From NCBI GenBank assembly GCA_965203295.1, contig CBDBCZ010000013.1, positions 864,001 to 928,000 on the forward strand: 64,000 bases of DNA, written 5' to 3'. This document shows positions 10,464 through 24,048 of the stretch, in pieces (within the stretch, counting starts at the first letter, position 1; the number at the start of each line of letters is the position of its first letter). The notes below the pieces were generated by a model. The model did no database searches. It was not told where the DNA came from and saw only the letters and a program-made list of their open reading frames with translations. A program made the position numbers and the translations under genes. This DNA comes from Nitrospirales bacterium (GTDB lineage Bacteria; Nitrospirota; Nitrospiria; Nitrospirales; UBA8639).

Positions 10464-13400
10464 TTAGGCAACTACAACCTGCAGCTGCTTATTAATACGT
10501 GCAGCACAATCTTGAAGCTCTAGAGCCTCAGCACTGACTAGAGAATCATCGCTGATGACTATCAGCTCTTTTAGTGTTTTGTTTATACTGAGCATCTTGG
10601 TAAATGCTTTTACACCATCAGACTCGATTCCAAGTGAGGGATGCTTAATTCTTAGGACATTCAGTTCAGTATTCTGATGCAGTGCTCGAGCAATAGCTTC
10701 TGACACTCTGTGGCCCACAGTACACCAAAGAAGTTCAAGAGCTTTTAGGTTTCTATTTGTCTCTAGGAGTTCGAGAACATCATCAGAGCAGCTGGTCAAA
10801 TCGGTGTCACGAATTTCCAAACGCTCAAGTGAGGATGGTTCCAGCACTGCTCTCATCAGTGCCTGTGTACAGTCTGTGTTCATTTCATCGTCACCAACTA
10901 CGAGAACTCTGAGAGTGCTTGTTGGTCGTATTAGGCTGGATAAGGCTGCAATATCAGTACTGCCAATTGGGCTACTAGCTAGACAAAGTAGTCGCAAAGT
11001 ACTGAGTTTGGATAAGGATTGCATGAGTTTTACAGCACCACCTTTTCCAATAGGATTAACACATATATCTAGCTCTGTCAAACTACACATACTTGAAACT
11101 AGACAGGCCAGTTGGTCACAAGCAGCTTGATCGAGACCACAGTTATATAGTTTCAGTATGGATAATCCCCGAAGAGTGTTGCAAGGTAATTTTGCCAAGA
11201 TTTCAATACCTTCCTGACTGATTTGTTGCTTTCCTATCTTTAGTGCTTTGATGTGGCCTTGCACATGACCTGCTCCCTGACTTGCATGAAGACCACTCAC
11301 AAGCATATCAAGTGAATCACAACCAACACCTGCAGTTATGAGGTCTATTATCCAAGTACAGTTGCTGTTGGAAATGCAGTAGCTCAAAGCAACACAGTCA
11401 AATGGAGAAGCTGTCTCAGGAAGAAAACCAATCATTTCGTTGCTGATGCAGACGTTGCTGCAGACGTCAAAATCTTGAGATTCGTATAAGCACTGAACTG
11501 CTTGTGGCTTGAGACAGTATTCTGCTTGCAGCCAAATTGGTGACTCTTCCACGTTTTTTTCTTTGAGTAATTTGCAGCCAATGCTACTGTACTTTGTAAG
11601 CCCACCTACAAATCTCCAGACCACTTGAAAGTGTGGATCTCCACAGTATTTTTCAAATAGATGCTTTTGTTCGATTGGAGAGAGGCATGAAATGTGAAAC
11701 GCTGCAAGAAACTCTTGCACTGTAAGGTGCAAAAAACTGAACGATATTTCTGGACCCTCTTGAACATGTAGACATGAAGCTTTTGTCATGAATCCCAAGT
11801 GGTCAAAAGATTGAGGAAGGCTGTTCCATGACAGCTGTTGGATGCATATTCCCCTGAATGCGATTTTACAAACTTCACGGAATTGTCGGAATACGTCTTC
11901 GTCAAGGTCGTGGAACTGAGCTGGCATGCAGTAGGTCTCTGGGACAAAACCCCCTTCAACAATGTGCCTTCTAAGTAAAGCATGGCTTAGAGCATCATAC
12001 AGTTGAGTCATAGTTTTTGGGAGAGGCGTTCTTTCACCTTGATACTGTTGATATATTTCCACTACAATGGCACTGTTGAGTGGTATATACATCATACTAT
12101 ACACAAGTGGATTGCTGGAGATATATTTCGTGAACTCTATCAACTGCACTGGGTCTTTGAAAATGCTCTGAGCATATTCTTTAATGTTTTGTTCTGTAAA
12201 ACCTAGAATTTCAACATGTTTATTGATTTGAGGTTTACATCTTAAGTGAAGTTCTGCCATCACAGAAGGACGGCTAGTTATGAGAATGGTGGCACGAGGA
12301 AGATAACGACCATTAATCATATCCACAAATAGTGAGCCCATTTCTCTCTGTTTAGCTGGTAATTCATCAAATCCATCAAATATGAACAATACACCTTCTC
12401 CATTTGATTCCTCAATATCACTTGAGACTGCCTCTTTGAGAGAGGCATTGCGATGGAAGAGCAAGTCAGAAAGACTACTTGCTTGCTGGCTTTTCTTTTC
12501 ACGAAGCTGAACCAATATTACAAGAGAATATTTCCTCAGCATGGGAAGTGAGTCCCAGTTTCTACAAAGCTCCCATGCAAATGTAGTCTTACCCACCCCA
12601 GGAGCACCCTCAATTAATATACAATTAGATTCACTTTCAGTGTCAGAAGTAAACAGTTGAGTGATTGAAATTGATTTCTTAGATTTCAATATTCGGTCGA
12701 CATTGCCATGTAGCCTTGCTGTAGTAAGTTCATAGGCCTGTGAGAGTGATGTTTCATCTCTATTGATAAGAGCAAGGTTAATATACTTTTTGCTTGGTGT
12801 AGGTGGCCATTTCTGGTAGAGTGGAAGTGGTCTTGACTTATATAGTGATTTTAAATAAGCAGCGTATTTGGCAATGTTTAGTGTAGCAAACTGTTGGCTA
12901 TTTACGATGGCTTCCTGTGCTGAAGAGCTAGAGTCTGCTGAAAATGAAAGAGCACAATCCATTAACTGAGCAGTTACAGAGATTCGCTTGTGTTTTGTTT
13001 TGTCAGGACAGCTGCAGCAATTTTTCCCTATAAGTTATAAATACAGAAAATTAATACACATGCACGTGATTGTAAACACATACATTTACACGTGCATCAC
13101 AGAATCCGTTAGAAAACACATTCATTGCAGTGGTAATTAGTATATAACAGTATAGTTATATTCAACTTACTGTAAGTGGCCTCGATTCTGTTTGCTAACC
13201 AATGTAATGATTTCTCCTTCTTTAAAATGGTCATAAACAATGGGAAACATTCTGGATTAGTACCAAGTTTTCCTTTGAAATGACAGAGTAGTTTTCTTGC
13301 TTTCTGAACACGAGAAACTCCACTTACTGTAATGACCTCGTCTAAAGCTTCATATGATATTAGATTCTCTGAAAACAGTTCAGCTGCAAGCCACTCTGGG

Positions 13401-13483
13401 TCTTTAATGACTTGAGCGAGTTCACTGAAGTGCTTACGGTAAGCCTGCACTTCTGCTGGATGATACAGTTTCTCTGAACTCAT
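10464..13483 (-). CDS. NLR protein: N-terminal death-fold (CARD/DEATH-like) exon + NACHT + LRR
   Basis: Exon 1 13171-13483 (ends TAC A|gtaagt, phase 1). Exon 2 starts at 12937 (ttttcag|CA GAC) or 13027 (ttatag|GG AAA), both phase-compatible. Walker A GAPGVGKTT, Walker B VLFIFDGFDEL, ILITSRP, FSFLHLTVQEFLAA winged-helix motif, RNase-inhibitor-type LRRs. Confidence 0.93.
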
Positions 13484-13607
13484 TCCTGCATAACGAATAA
13501 TTATGGGGTGATATTAGCTCAGCTATACCTATGCGTATTAACCCTAGCTCCGCTGCGCATGCAGCGAGTGGCTAGCCGCATAAAAAATATTCGATTGTAT
13601 CACCTCA

Positions 13608-14010
13608 AGACTCGACATTGCAGCAAATGGCTTCTGGGGAGGTCGTTTCGAGAAGACGTACATGGATGTCAGGGTGTTCAACCCACATGCTCCCACCAAC
13701 AGGGGCACCAGCATCTCCAACTGCTTTAGAAAGCATGAAGTAGAGTGCTTACGAGCAACGAATTTGAGAGATAGAACACCCTACTTTCACTCCCTTGGTG
13801 TTGTCTGCTACTGGGGGGAGGCGTGGCAAGCATAGCTACCATTACCTTCTACCAACGGCTATAGCCTCCCTTCTGGGCAGACAAGTGGGGATACCCGTAC
13901 AGATCTACTCTCTGCATGCTGGCTTCGATCCCGAATCGCCTTCTCTCTTCTGCGGTCGGCAATTCAGTGCATCAGAGGTGCCCGCTCTTCCCGTGGACAC
14001 GACGCCAATC
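13608..14010 (+). mobile_element. 5'-truncated non-LTR retrotransposon 3' fragment (restriction-like endonuclease region, CRE-like), degraded
   Basis: Translates RLDIAANGFWGGRFEKTYMDVRVFNPHAPTN...HE, then with frameshifts FTPLVLSATGG and FSLLRSAIQCIRGARSSRG. Confidence 0.8.
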
Positions 14011-14165
14011 GACTCCACCCCCCCCCCCCCACCTATTTAATAATCAACGAGGCGCGATTGCGCCCCATGTGAACGATTAACCCTCTCTTTTGTTTTGCTC
14101 TGTTGTTTCCTTTTTGTTTCAAGTTTATATATACCCCTTGTACTTCTCTGCACTATAATAGGTGA

Positions 14166-14324
14166 CCGTATAGCGGGAAATTTTCGCACGGTGCAAATTT
14201 TCGCGCTTTTCGCGGCCATGACGATTTTTCAAAAATAAGAACTGCAAAATTTTGAAGCAGAGAACTTTTGACATGTTGGCATTTTCGCAAAAATTTGCAT
14301 CTGCGAAAATTTTCCGCTATACGG
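14166..14324. mobile_element. MITE with CCGTA...TACGG termini (Tc1/mariner/pogo-like)
   Basis: ccgtatagcgggaaattttcgca ... tgcgaaaattttccgctatacgg inverted termini. Confidence 0.75.
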
Positions 14325-15061
14325 TATATTTATGACCGTACACTTCCCCAACTATCCACTTCCCGGCTGCTATCGTCCTTGATCTCTGACAACGCTCTTT
14401 TCGAAACCACAGTAATAATAATGAGTGTGTTTGGCCCGCGAGACTACTGGTGCGCGTGTTTATATTCAACTTAGCGTTTTCGCGTGCATACAATATTTTA
14501 TGCATAATGACAAACGTTAAATTTAGCGTAACTTACCGGCATAGAGTGCTCTAGCCTCGCGTAGAGTCTGGCTATGCGAGTCTAAGAGAGCTCCTGTTGG
14601 CCAGTTTTATGCAGCAGGATTTGTGTGTTGACAACTTCTAGTAACCTATATGAACTGCTATTAGGATCATAAATGATTGATATATAGCTAGTAGCATTAA
14701 AAGTTGCCACCTGTCAGAATTGCAACATGGTTGCACTGTCATCACTCTCAAAATTGCTTAGACCAGCATGCAGACAGCTAGCTGGTATAAGGTACATGTA
14801 CATACTCACCAAACATGATTATAATTAATTCCCGGGGAAGTCCTCCCTTAAAGCTATTGAATATGAAAAGAATAATTATATGCAATCATGATAATATCGT
14901 ACATGAACTGTACTGACCTAATAATATTCCGTAATACTTTTGCGAATTTTGCGAGTCCTTACGGCTTCGCAAATATAAGATCGCGAACATTAAACAATAA
15001 TTTATGGGCGTGGTTTTTAGTGGGTGCGGTTAATGAACATCGAATCTAAGCTTATAGCTGT

Positions 15062-15157
15062 TAGCCTCGTACCCAGGCCTTCCCTCACAGCTTTTTTCGC
15101 AGCCGTTTTGCCACGGCTGCGAAAAAAGCTGTGAGGGAAGGCCTGGGTACGAGGCTA
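15062..15157. mobile_element. Palindromic TAG...CTA MITE with 9-bp TSD
   Basis: tagcctcgtacccaggcc...ggcctgggtacgaggcta; TSD tatagctgt on both sides. Confidence 0.9.
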
Positions 15158-18100
15158 TATAGCTGTCCCAGGAGAAGCAGCAGTAATGGATGGCCTTAAA
15201 CCACAGCGAAGGTGGCAGGTAAAGTTCATACTTCTACAGCAGCAGCTATTTCAAGATGAGTATTCGGCAGTATTTTACTACGAAGCCCTAGCCGCGAGGA
15301 CACTGCAATCGGAGCGGTGGCAACTCGCGAAGCGAACGAGAGTGTGAAGCGTGCGTTGGAGAAGCAAGCTGAGAGCGGGAATGCCGCCGCCACAATAAAG
15401 ATAAGATTGCAAAGTACTTGAATTAGCCGCAAAATGGCAAAATCGCAAAGGTTTCTCACACGCAAAATATTGCAGCATTCCTATAATACCTATAATAGGC
15501 CTATTCATCTTCTGAATATGTGACGGCAAGAGGTCTGGGGAATCCCTAGGGAAGTCCTCTAACTGTAAACAATTCACTACCACTACAACGTCATAGGCCA
15601 TTTTTGGCCTGCTGCCCCTGAGGCGTGACGTACAAATGTTTATCTATCTGTCTATATGGGTGTAAGTATGGTCATGAGCTAGACTGTTGGATTACGTCAT
15701 CAATCACGATGTGGGCGTGGCGACGCTAGGATATTTTTCTCGGGGCAGATTGTTCAAAGATGAGCCATGGCTGCTATAATGCCTATAAGAGAGGTTGTGC
15801 TGCTTGAGTCATATTCGCTTTGCTCGGTCGTACCATAGCTAGCAGAGTAGAAGGTACTTCTACTCAACTGTCTAGTGCTGATAGTTATCTCTACTTCTAC
15901 CGAGGCTACAACTAATATGGTAGCTGTAGTAAGCTCCGGGTAATTGCCTGGATCTCTGACCCTTCTTGCATTGTGGGTTACGAAGACGGTATGCATGTGC
16001 CAGAGACACTATTTTGCATGTGCCTTCATAAAGCACCATATAAATTATTTTTGGTCATGACTCAAACTGGAGAAACCCTACATTAGCTTGCGCATCATTA
16101 TAAATTGCTAACTGCTATCAGGATCATAAATGTAGCTAGTAGCAATAAAATTTGCCACCTGTCAGAATTGCAACATGCATGGTTAAATTGCACTGTCATC
16201 ACTCAAAATTGTGTAGTAAGTACAGAGTGATGTATTGGTTTTGTATCACCTGTTTAGTAGTCCTGATCACTGTAGTACATGTATCGCACATGCAGCACTC
16301 ATGCACCCCTTATTTGGTTATATGCCTGAGTTGTATACCACATGCTCCTTTATCTTTTTCACACCCCTGGTTTGCTGTATACATGTACTTCCCACACTTG
16401 ACATGCTTCCCTTCTGGACAATACTTTATCGGTGTTTATGTAGTAGTCTAGGCCTTGTGTAGTAAGGCGCCCCCTGGACCCCGAAGGAATTTTTTCCGCT
16501 CCAATGAAGGCGCCCCTCGAGGGTCATAATTAATTTTTAAGGGCGCCTTAATTAGAGCGGATACGGTAGTCTAGGTCATACAGGATATGATGCAATGGAC
16601 ATTTTGGTTTATTACTATGCTGTTGAATTTAAGTCACTATCTGTTTGCATTTACTCACTTATAATAATACCCGCACATCAAGATACTTTGGAACCTCCTT
16701 ACCACCTCTCAGCAACCCCTGCGCTACAATTGCTTAGACCAGCATGCAGACAGCTAGCTGGTATAACATGATTGTAAACATAATAATTATGGCTAGAGGT
16801 CTGGGGATTAATTCCCGGGGAAGTCCTCCCATAAAGCTATTGAATATGAATAGAATATGTAATAAGATAAATACATGTACTGTACTGACCTAATGTATTG
16901 TAACAAACTTTCCTATAATAGGCCTATTCATCTTCTGAGTATGTGACGGCAAGAGGTCTGGGGAATCCCCAGGGAAGTCCCCAGGGAAGTCCTCTAACTG
17001 TAAACAATTCACTACCACTATACCCAAGTACAAAGTACGGCGGGTGAGTGAGCTGCATATATTGTTACAGTACTGTCTCATTGGCCATTTTTGGCCTGCT
17101 GCCCCTGAGGCGTGACGTAAAATCTAATGTTTATCTATCTGTCTATATGGGTGTAAGTATGGTATGCTATAGGTCATGAGCTGGACTGTCGGATTACGTC
17201 ATCACTCACGATGTGGGCGTGGCGACGCTAGGATATTTTCTCGGGGCAGATTGTTCTAAGATGAGCCATGGCTGCTATAGGCCTATAGGAGAGGTTGTCT
17301 GCTTGAGTCATATTCGCTTTGCTCGGTCGTATCATAGCTAGCAGAGTAGAAGGTACTTCTACTCTGCTATCTAGTGCTGATAGTTATCTCTACTATTATG
17401 GTACGGTAGCTGTAGTAAGCTCCCTTTGGTAATTGCCCGGCTCTCTGACCCTTCTTGCATTGTAGGTCATGCACGAACACGGCATGCGTGTGCCAGAGAC
17501 ACCATTTTAAACACGTACCTGCATAAAGCACCATATAAATTATTTGGTCATGACTCAAACTGGAGAAACCTACTGATTAGTTTGCGCATGTTACGTATAA
17601 ATTTTGTCCCTCCCTTCATGGCAAACGATATTTATATAGCTACGCTCCCTTTTTCATTGTAGCTAGCTATTTGCTAGCTAGCCACAGCTGTAGCAAGTAG
17701 CTAAACAGATTTCCAAAATATAACACCTGGAACAAATGTACTATGTATACGCTGAAGCCCTGAGAGTTGAGAGCACTAGCTACTGCAGGCTTTAGCTATA
17801 ACTGGCGTACATAGCATTAGTATTGCTATTAGCTAGAACTCTATTACCCCTATAGTATCACAAAAGTGCAATTATTTTCATAATTGCACACTTTATTTTA
17901 GTTTAAGAGCCTAACGTGCAGTCCTATAAATCACAGTGCAAAGTGTACTCTCTATCAGCTCCCTTGCTTTCATTAGCATACTGTCAGAAAGGTGTAGAAA
18001 ATAGCTAGCAATCTTCTTGCTCATCTTCTCTCTCATCCCGCACGTAAACAACACGTGCAAGACGTGATTGCACATGCGTTCACAGAGTGTATTCATACTT

Positions 18101-18756
18101 ATAACGATGACTAACTCTTCTGGAAGTGTGTTCATCAGCTTCAAACTTCAAACTTTACACTACATGCTTTAGGTGCCACTGTTACCTCTTCAGCACGCAC
18201 ACGCTCTAGCTCTGGAAGTTTTTGCCTCTATAGCCAGGCTGTCAGTTCTTCTGGGGACCCTCTTTCACACATCTAAAGCCACACATGCATGCACGAATAT
18301 AAAAAAGTGGAATAGTGGGAACCCCTGTATAATACATTGCTTGCACAGATAGCTACAGCTGCCAACGGCTATGTACACTCAACATACAGTATTATAGGAA
18401 ATCCCACCCACTATAGATGAGATACAGCTGCAGTTTGGTTCACTCCATGCACACAGCAGTTTAAGCAAAGAATGCGAAAATATACCAAAAATATTGCTAG
18501 CTACAGCGTCTCACCCAGGGCCTACAACTTTAAATTACAAAGGTTAAACCTCACCCTAACCTTTTTTTATCCGTTCTTGGCAACCCATTGGTTGTCAGCC
18601 TGCTGCAGATGCACGTGCACATGTATATACATCGGCTCGCGCTCGATTATATCATAACAATGCAACACAGTACAACCTGAATATGGGGCCTAATTTCCAA
18701 GGGGGAGGGGGAAGATACCAGTGAAAGGGGAAGGGGAAATGGAATACCCTACCCCC

Positions 18757-18959
18757 CTAAATGAAACCGTGTTTGGAAGACTGGCAGTGTCCGCTATTGC
18801 TCAATTTTATGATTAAGATTTACTCTTGTATGAAATGCTTTTCCTCCTCCCCTTTTTTTCAGGACCACATCCTGTCCCAGCTGTGACACCAAGTTCCCTG
18901 TCTGCATAGCCTCAGGGCAGCCCCTGCTCGACTACCGCTCTTGGATGTGTTCCACCTGA
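18757..18959 (+). pseudogene. Second inverted partial copy of WDR35 terminal exon
   Basis: Same as 3528-3730 at offset 15229; exon part 18863-18959. Confidence 0.92.
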
Positions 18960-20600
18960 ATAAAGGTTACTTTAACATTGGTTTGGTTGCTGGAGCAGCA
19001 TCTATACCATCTTCACATTGTGATGATAAAGGAACAATGTTTTGCTGATTGTAGTACCTTATTTGGCTATCATAGTGTGGAGAGATCGTGTCACATGTCG
19101 AAGGTCAGTAGCAACAGTTAGGCAAAAACCATGACTTGTGACGATACCTGTACTACACAGATTATATAGCAGAAAGTATAATTTCGATAAACTACAATAC
19201 ATTTGACCTATACACACAAGTGGGCAGATAGTCACGCTGTTTATGGTCTGTTTTGGGAACTGCAGTAAGAAAGGTCAGGACAGGTGATTGTCCTAATTGA
19301 AAAAAAAATGGGTCTGCAACTCCAGTAACCAAACACAAATACGTATATAAGTGCGTGAGTGAAGCGAGTGCTAGTACTTGTAGTACAGTTATTTGTACTC
19401 AAGCAAGTAGCTAGTAAGCTACTTGCAACACCTACTTAATCTGAACTCTGAACTTGTGAAGCACTCATAGGAGTATGGTTCAGAAGAGAGAACGCCATTT
19501 ATGTTTTGGGGGTTAAACGAGGTTAACAAAAGTGGGAAGAGGTTGGAGGCGTATACTGATGTTAACATGGTAATTTGTGAAAGCCTGGGAATGAGACTTA
19601 ATAGCTTGAGAAAAGGCTAAGAGAGCAGTTTGCTGATCCAGTGCCTGAATTATGCATGCATGATCATAATAATATGATACTGTAAGGATGTATATATGTC
19701 CATCGTGATCATTACAATAATAGAGAATGGATTCATGTCCATAAGTGAGGCTACACCATGGGTTCAATAGTTGAAAAGGATCTACTATGATGAAAGTTTG
19801 AGTGGGACATAATAAGAACAGGCAAAAATCGTTTTCCATGCACTGATTGTTGCAGCAGCGGAAGCATCTGCTTTGTGTGAATACCATTTCATAAGCAAAG
19901 AGCAACTCTGTGCCCTCACAGACACCCAATAGCTAACACCAAATTCCCTTGCCAAGCCTATAGTTACACAGAATGTAGTCTCTGATCTTAGGGTCTACCT
20001 TTGTTTATTGCACTTCTGTTTAAAATACTTTTCTCAAACACTCAACAAAGTTCTGAGTTGAGTTCTGACTTTAAACTAGTGTTACACACAGCTTCTACAT
20101 GGGGAGCCACTCGATCATTATCAGTGGGGCAAGCAATAGAGGAACAATCTCATACTGGCCCACTCACGCAATTATTATGTGGCTATAGCTCATGCACATC
20201 CGGGCTTATGTTTAAGATACTGTTTGGAGCTGCAACAGAAGCAGACATGTTTTAACCCTTGGATGTGAGCCACACATGCTATGACATACAAAATGTTTAC
20301 TTTTGTATTAACACAAATATAGCTAAATGCACCACAAAATTCGAACAACTTGGTAACACAACAGTGAAAGGGATATCTATTGCTAATCTGAGAAATCTAA
20401 GAGAAAACAATTACACAATTTCACCAGTAATACAATCAAACATCATAAGAGAGACCATAATTGTAGCATAGATACACGACTGTCACAATCAGTTATTGTA
20501 ATACTATTGGCCTTGTTCCGATATATCCCTCCCAGCAATCTGCCATTTGTGGTACTGGTGGCGACCAAAAAAAAAGGTCAAGGGGAGACCAAGAATGTTA

Positions 20601-22415
20601 CTACATGCTTCGGTAAGTGTTGCTGCCGCTTTTTTCTACCCTCAATGGCTCTCTGGTTCCTGTTTGGCCTCTATTAGTCATCACTTCATACTGTTCTGGG
20701 TTCAGGAGCCTGTGCGGAACAGCAGCATCGAAATGTTCTTCTTCATGGTCTTGAAAGAAGCAGTGTAGCAGTTTGTGGCTCTTGAGCTTGTGTATGCAAC
20801 CAGTTTTTTTATCGAGCAGCCAGCACGCAGAGAACAGGACAAAGTACAGCAGTGGGAGTGCGTATAGCACATCAGTTAAAATCAGCAAGAAGGTCGAAGA
20901 GTGACCAGTTAACAGTGCAGTGATAAAAATGAATGTAATGAGGATATAGATGGTACCTAAGATAGCAAAAATAACAGCATCTACCACATTATACAGGTAC
21001 ACTTTGTAAGGCTGAACGAGAGCAAACAACAGTGCAATCCACCAATAAATAAGTGCTGATACAGCAACGGCAATATATGGCACAGCAATAGAAAAGAGCA
21101 AAAGAACAATGATCCGAAGGAAGAAATAGAGTCCTGCAAAATATCGATAGTCTCGTGTGCCATTTGTGCCATCTTTGTAGCAGCCTTGGATAACCTCAAC
21201 AAATGTGTGAAGGGCTTGAGAGTTCAGTTTGCATCGTGTGAGACACTTTTGGAAAAAGGCAGCTTGGTAGAGTGTCAGTACAATGGGAGGTAGAGCAATG
21301 AATGTCAACAGTACAACAATAGATAGTAGAGCAAGTGGGAGATGTTCTGCATGAAAGAATCGAATATTTGCATCATATGCAAAGACGAATGTCTTCAGTA
21401 GCTTTCCTTGGCCATCGAACAGCCGTGTTGGGAATAAAAATCTTCCTGCCACGAATAATAGTTTTACATATGATAAAAGTATGAAAGTTGCAAAAGCATC
21501 GATTATGGACGTCTTTGGTTCAACACTTCTTCTAAAGCGGAGGAAACACCTTAGAAAGGGCCTCCAACAGTAAACAACAGGCCTGAAATCGCCAGCATGC
21601 AGTTGAATGCAGATGTAGAGAAATACAATGACAACTAATGGGTAAAATGCTAGTATATATTCAAGTGCATATGCTTGTAATGAACGAAGATGGCGTGTGA
21701 GACAAAATAGAGGAATGATAGCACGGAAGATATGCAAGTTCCACATGTCATATAGGGCAGCAACTACCACTGTGGACATTCTCTTGGAGTATGTAAAAGT
21801 ACCTTGTGCTCCCAGCACACTCATGGCGAAACTGATGCCAAGGAATGATGATGTGGAAATCTGGCTATAGAAGATGAAAGAATTAATGGGTCCTGAAACA
21901 ACACTAATGGCAAAGATTACAATCACTATGAAAATTATTGTGATTGGTAGATATGTGAAAATAATAAATTTTATCCAACCATTGGAGTCTCCTGTGCAGT
22001 TGATACACTCAGTGAGGCGGAAAGGTGGAACTGCAAAGCCATCCTGGCACTCTCCACAGAGCAAACCTTTTCTATTAAACGGGCCGCACACTCGTTCATT
22101 GAGATCTGATACTTCAGTAGGAAGCGGATAGTAGAATTTATAAGAATCATTTCTAAAATAGGCTTGCTCACAATACCCAGCTCTCAGCTCTCCAGTTTCA
22201 TTGTCGTATGTCATGCAGTACCCGATCAGTATTGAGGCATTCAGTGAGTCTTCATCGCAAGTGATTATTTCACCAGGCCAGTCTGCACAAACACAACTAT
22301 TGCCGTGTGAGACAAACCCAGGAGGACAAGAAAGGGTGGCTGTGATCAACACAGCAATAACTACTGTAACTGTAACAGTAACTATGAGTATTCTCATACT
22401 GTACACTGTAGTCAT
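20601..22415 (-). CDS. Intronless 604-aa membrane protein: signal peptide, Cys-rich ectodomain, multiple TM helices (receptor-like, function unknown)
   Basis: Hydrophobic N-terminus; CPPGF..CVC..C..GYCMTYD..CGPFNRKGLLCGECQDGF; about 8-9 hydrophobic segments; QGCYKDGTNGTRDYRYFAGLYF motif; intact ORF. Confidence 0.88.
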   Translation of the reverse strand: MTTVYSMRILIVTVTVTVVIAVLITATLSCPPGFVSHGNSCVCADWPGEIITCDEDSLNASILIGYCMTYDNETGELRAGYCEQAYFRNDSYKFYYPLPTEVSDLNERVCGPFNRKGLLCGECQDGFAVPPFRLTECINCTGDSNGWIKFIIFTYLPITIIFIVIVIFAISVVSGPINSFIFYSQISTSSFLGISFAMSVLGAQGTFTYSKRMSTVVVAALYDMWNLHIFRAIIPLFCLTRHLRSLQAYALEYILAFYPLVVIVFLYICIQLHAGDFRPVVYCWRPFLRCFLRFRRSVEPKTSIIDAFATFILLSYVKLLFVAGRFLFPTRLFDGQGKLLKTFVFAYDANIRFFHAEHLPLALLSIVVLLTFIALPPIVLTLYQAAFFQKCLTRCKLNSQALHTFVEVIQGCYKDGTNGTRDYRYFAGLYFFLRIIVLLLFSIAVPYIAVAVSALIYWWIALLFALVQPYKVYLYNVVDAVIFAILGTIYILITFIFITALLTGHSSTFLLILTDVLYALPLLYFVLFSACWLLDKKTGCIHKLKSHKLLHCFFQDHEEEHFDAAVPHRLLNPEQYEVMTNRGQTGTREPLRVEKSGSNTYRSM

Positions 22416-22802
22416 GCACTACAATCCACACAACTGCAGAATACTGTCACAGTACATACAGCCAGTGCAAGAAAAGAGCACACTATTGCTACTATCATAC
22501 TAGTACAGCCTTGTTGTATGAGACTAGATCCTAAAATAGTGGCAACTCTACTAGCTGGGACATTTCGTAAACCCACATTACGTCAATGTACAATTATATC
22601 ACAATACATTGTCATATTGACTAGGGAGTTATCCTATGAGTTCCATATTGTAAACACTATATGCATGAATACTTTTTGATCGTTTTCTGCATTCTTGGTC
22701 AGGGATGCAAAAACAAATACAGGCTAAACACGGACCCCTACCCTTACAACATGCACATGTAATAAATCCCCCCTTCCCCCCCTTATTTCCTGATTTAGTT
22801 CT

Positions 22803-22889
22803 TGTGTGTCTGTGTGTATGTGTGTCTGTGTGTATGTGTGTCTGTGTGTATGTGTGTCTGTGTGTATGTGTGTGTGTGTGGGGGGGGGG
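22803..22889. repeat. (TG)n-type microsatellite
   Basis: Imperfect tgtgtc/tgtgta repeats followed by a G run. Confidence 0.9.
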
Positions 22890-23694
22890 AGCCTGAGAAA
22901 ATGAGGCTACACTGAGATCAAAGGTACTGTAACAGTCTAACAGTTGGTGAGCTGTCCTTGCCTCATTCCCCACCCAACCTCGGGGGCAGCATCTCGAGTA
23001 ACACACACCAAGTGTGAGGGGCTAAGGACTATAGATGGAAATCAGGCATAAGATAGTGGAAATGGCAGCTCCATACTTTGAACTGGGAAAGTGGCCTCGT
23101 CCCAGGGCCATGTGAGTACCTGGGAATGAGACATATGCCTGGGAAAAGGCTAGGAGAGCATGCAGTATGCTGATCCAGTGCCTGAATAATGATCATGATA
23201 TTATCATAGTAAGGATGCATGTCCATATTGAGGCTACACCATGAGTACAGTAATGATAATAACAAATCAGGCGGAGCTTGTAAGATCACCAGTCAGAGAA
23301 CAAGAGCAAGAGCAACCACTATCCTGATCACCATAGTTATAGTTTTGTTCTTTCTATATAGTATCCCAAACACTTATCAAACATGTCGAAATTTTCACAC
23401 CCTAAAATAAGGTTGTCTCAGTTTTTTGGGTACCCTTGTGATATGCATGAAGTATTTTCACTTAATGAAGCCATGTTCTAACAACCTAGGTGCATGAGGG
23501 TATCGGCATGGCTACAACTTTATCATTCCGGATTACAGTATTATAATGATTAACAATAATTTTACTGATGTAACACTTGTGTAACTGTATGATTGTGACC
23601 CCCAATCAATGGTCTCTTTCTAGTCATTATGTGTATGCTGATACTGTCTATTTAGATATCTTTGGTGTAATATCTTTACAGCGATTGGTATAAT

Positions 23695-23852
23695 TAATAG
23701 CATGGCTCCGAGTGCAATTAGGGATTAATAGCACGAGTGAGTGGCATTAACTAGGTTTTAAATTGCACGAGGCGAAGCCGAGTGCTATTTGCCTAGTTGA
23801 TGCCACTCACAAGTGCTATTAATCCCTATTTACACGAGAAGCCATGCTATTA
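23695..23852. repeat. Long hairpin/palindromic element centred on GAGGCGAAGCCGAG
   Basis: taatagcatggct...agccatgctatta, with paired gtgagtggcat/atgccactcac and aactagg/cctagtt arms. Confidence 0.75.
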
Positions 23853-23943
23853 TTTGTTAATCATGTAATTCGTCATCGAAAGGTAGGCGGGGCTTTTACA
23901 AGCTCGTCATCACCGACCCATACCTGCGAGAGAGACGAATCTC

Positions 23944-24048
23944 TAGCCTCGAACCCAGGCCTTACACGCCCAGATTTTATCTCGCAGCAGATTTTTCTCC
24001 AAGGCGGCGAGATAAAATCTGGGCGTGTAAGGCCTGGGTTCGAGGCTA
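23944..24048. mobile_element. Palindromic TAG...CTA MITE with 9-bp TSD
   Basis: TSD acgaatctc at 23935-23943 and 24049-24057. Confidence 0.9.

Larger units (their letters stand above)
16728..22470. repeat. Segmental duplication copy B
   Basis: See copy A; lacks the 143-bp TTAA insertion and the ~1441-2160 block found in copy A. Confidence 0.92.
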
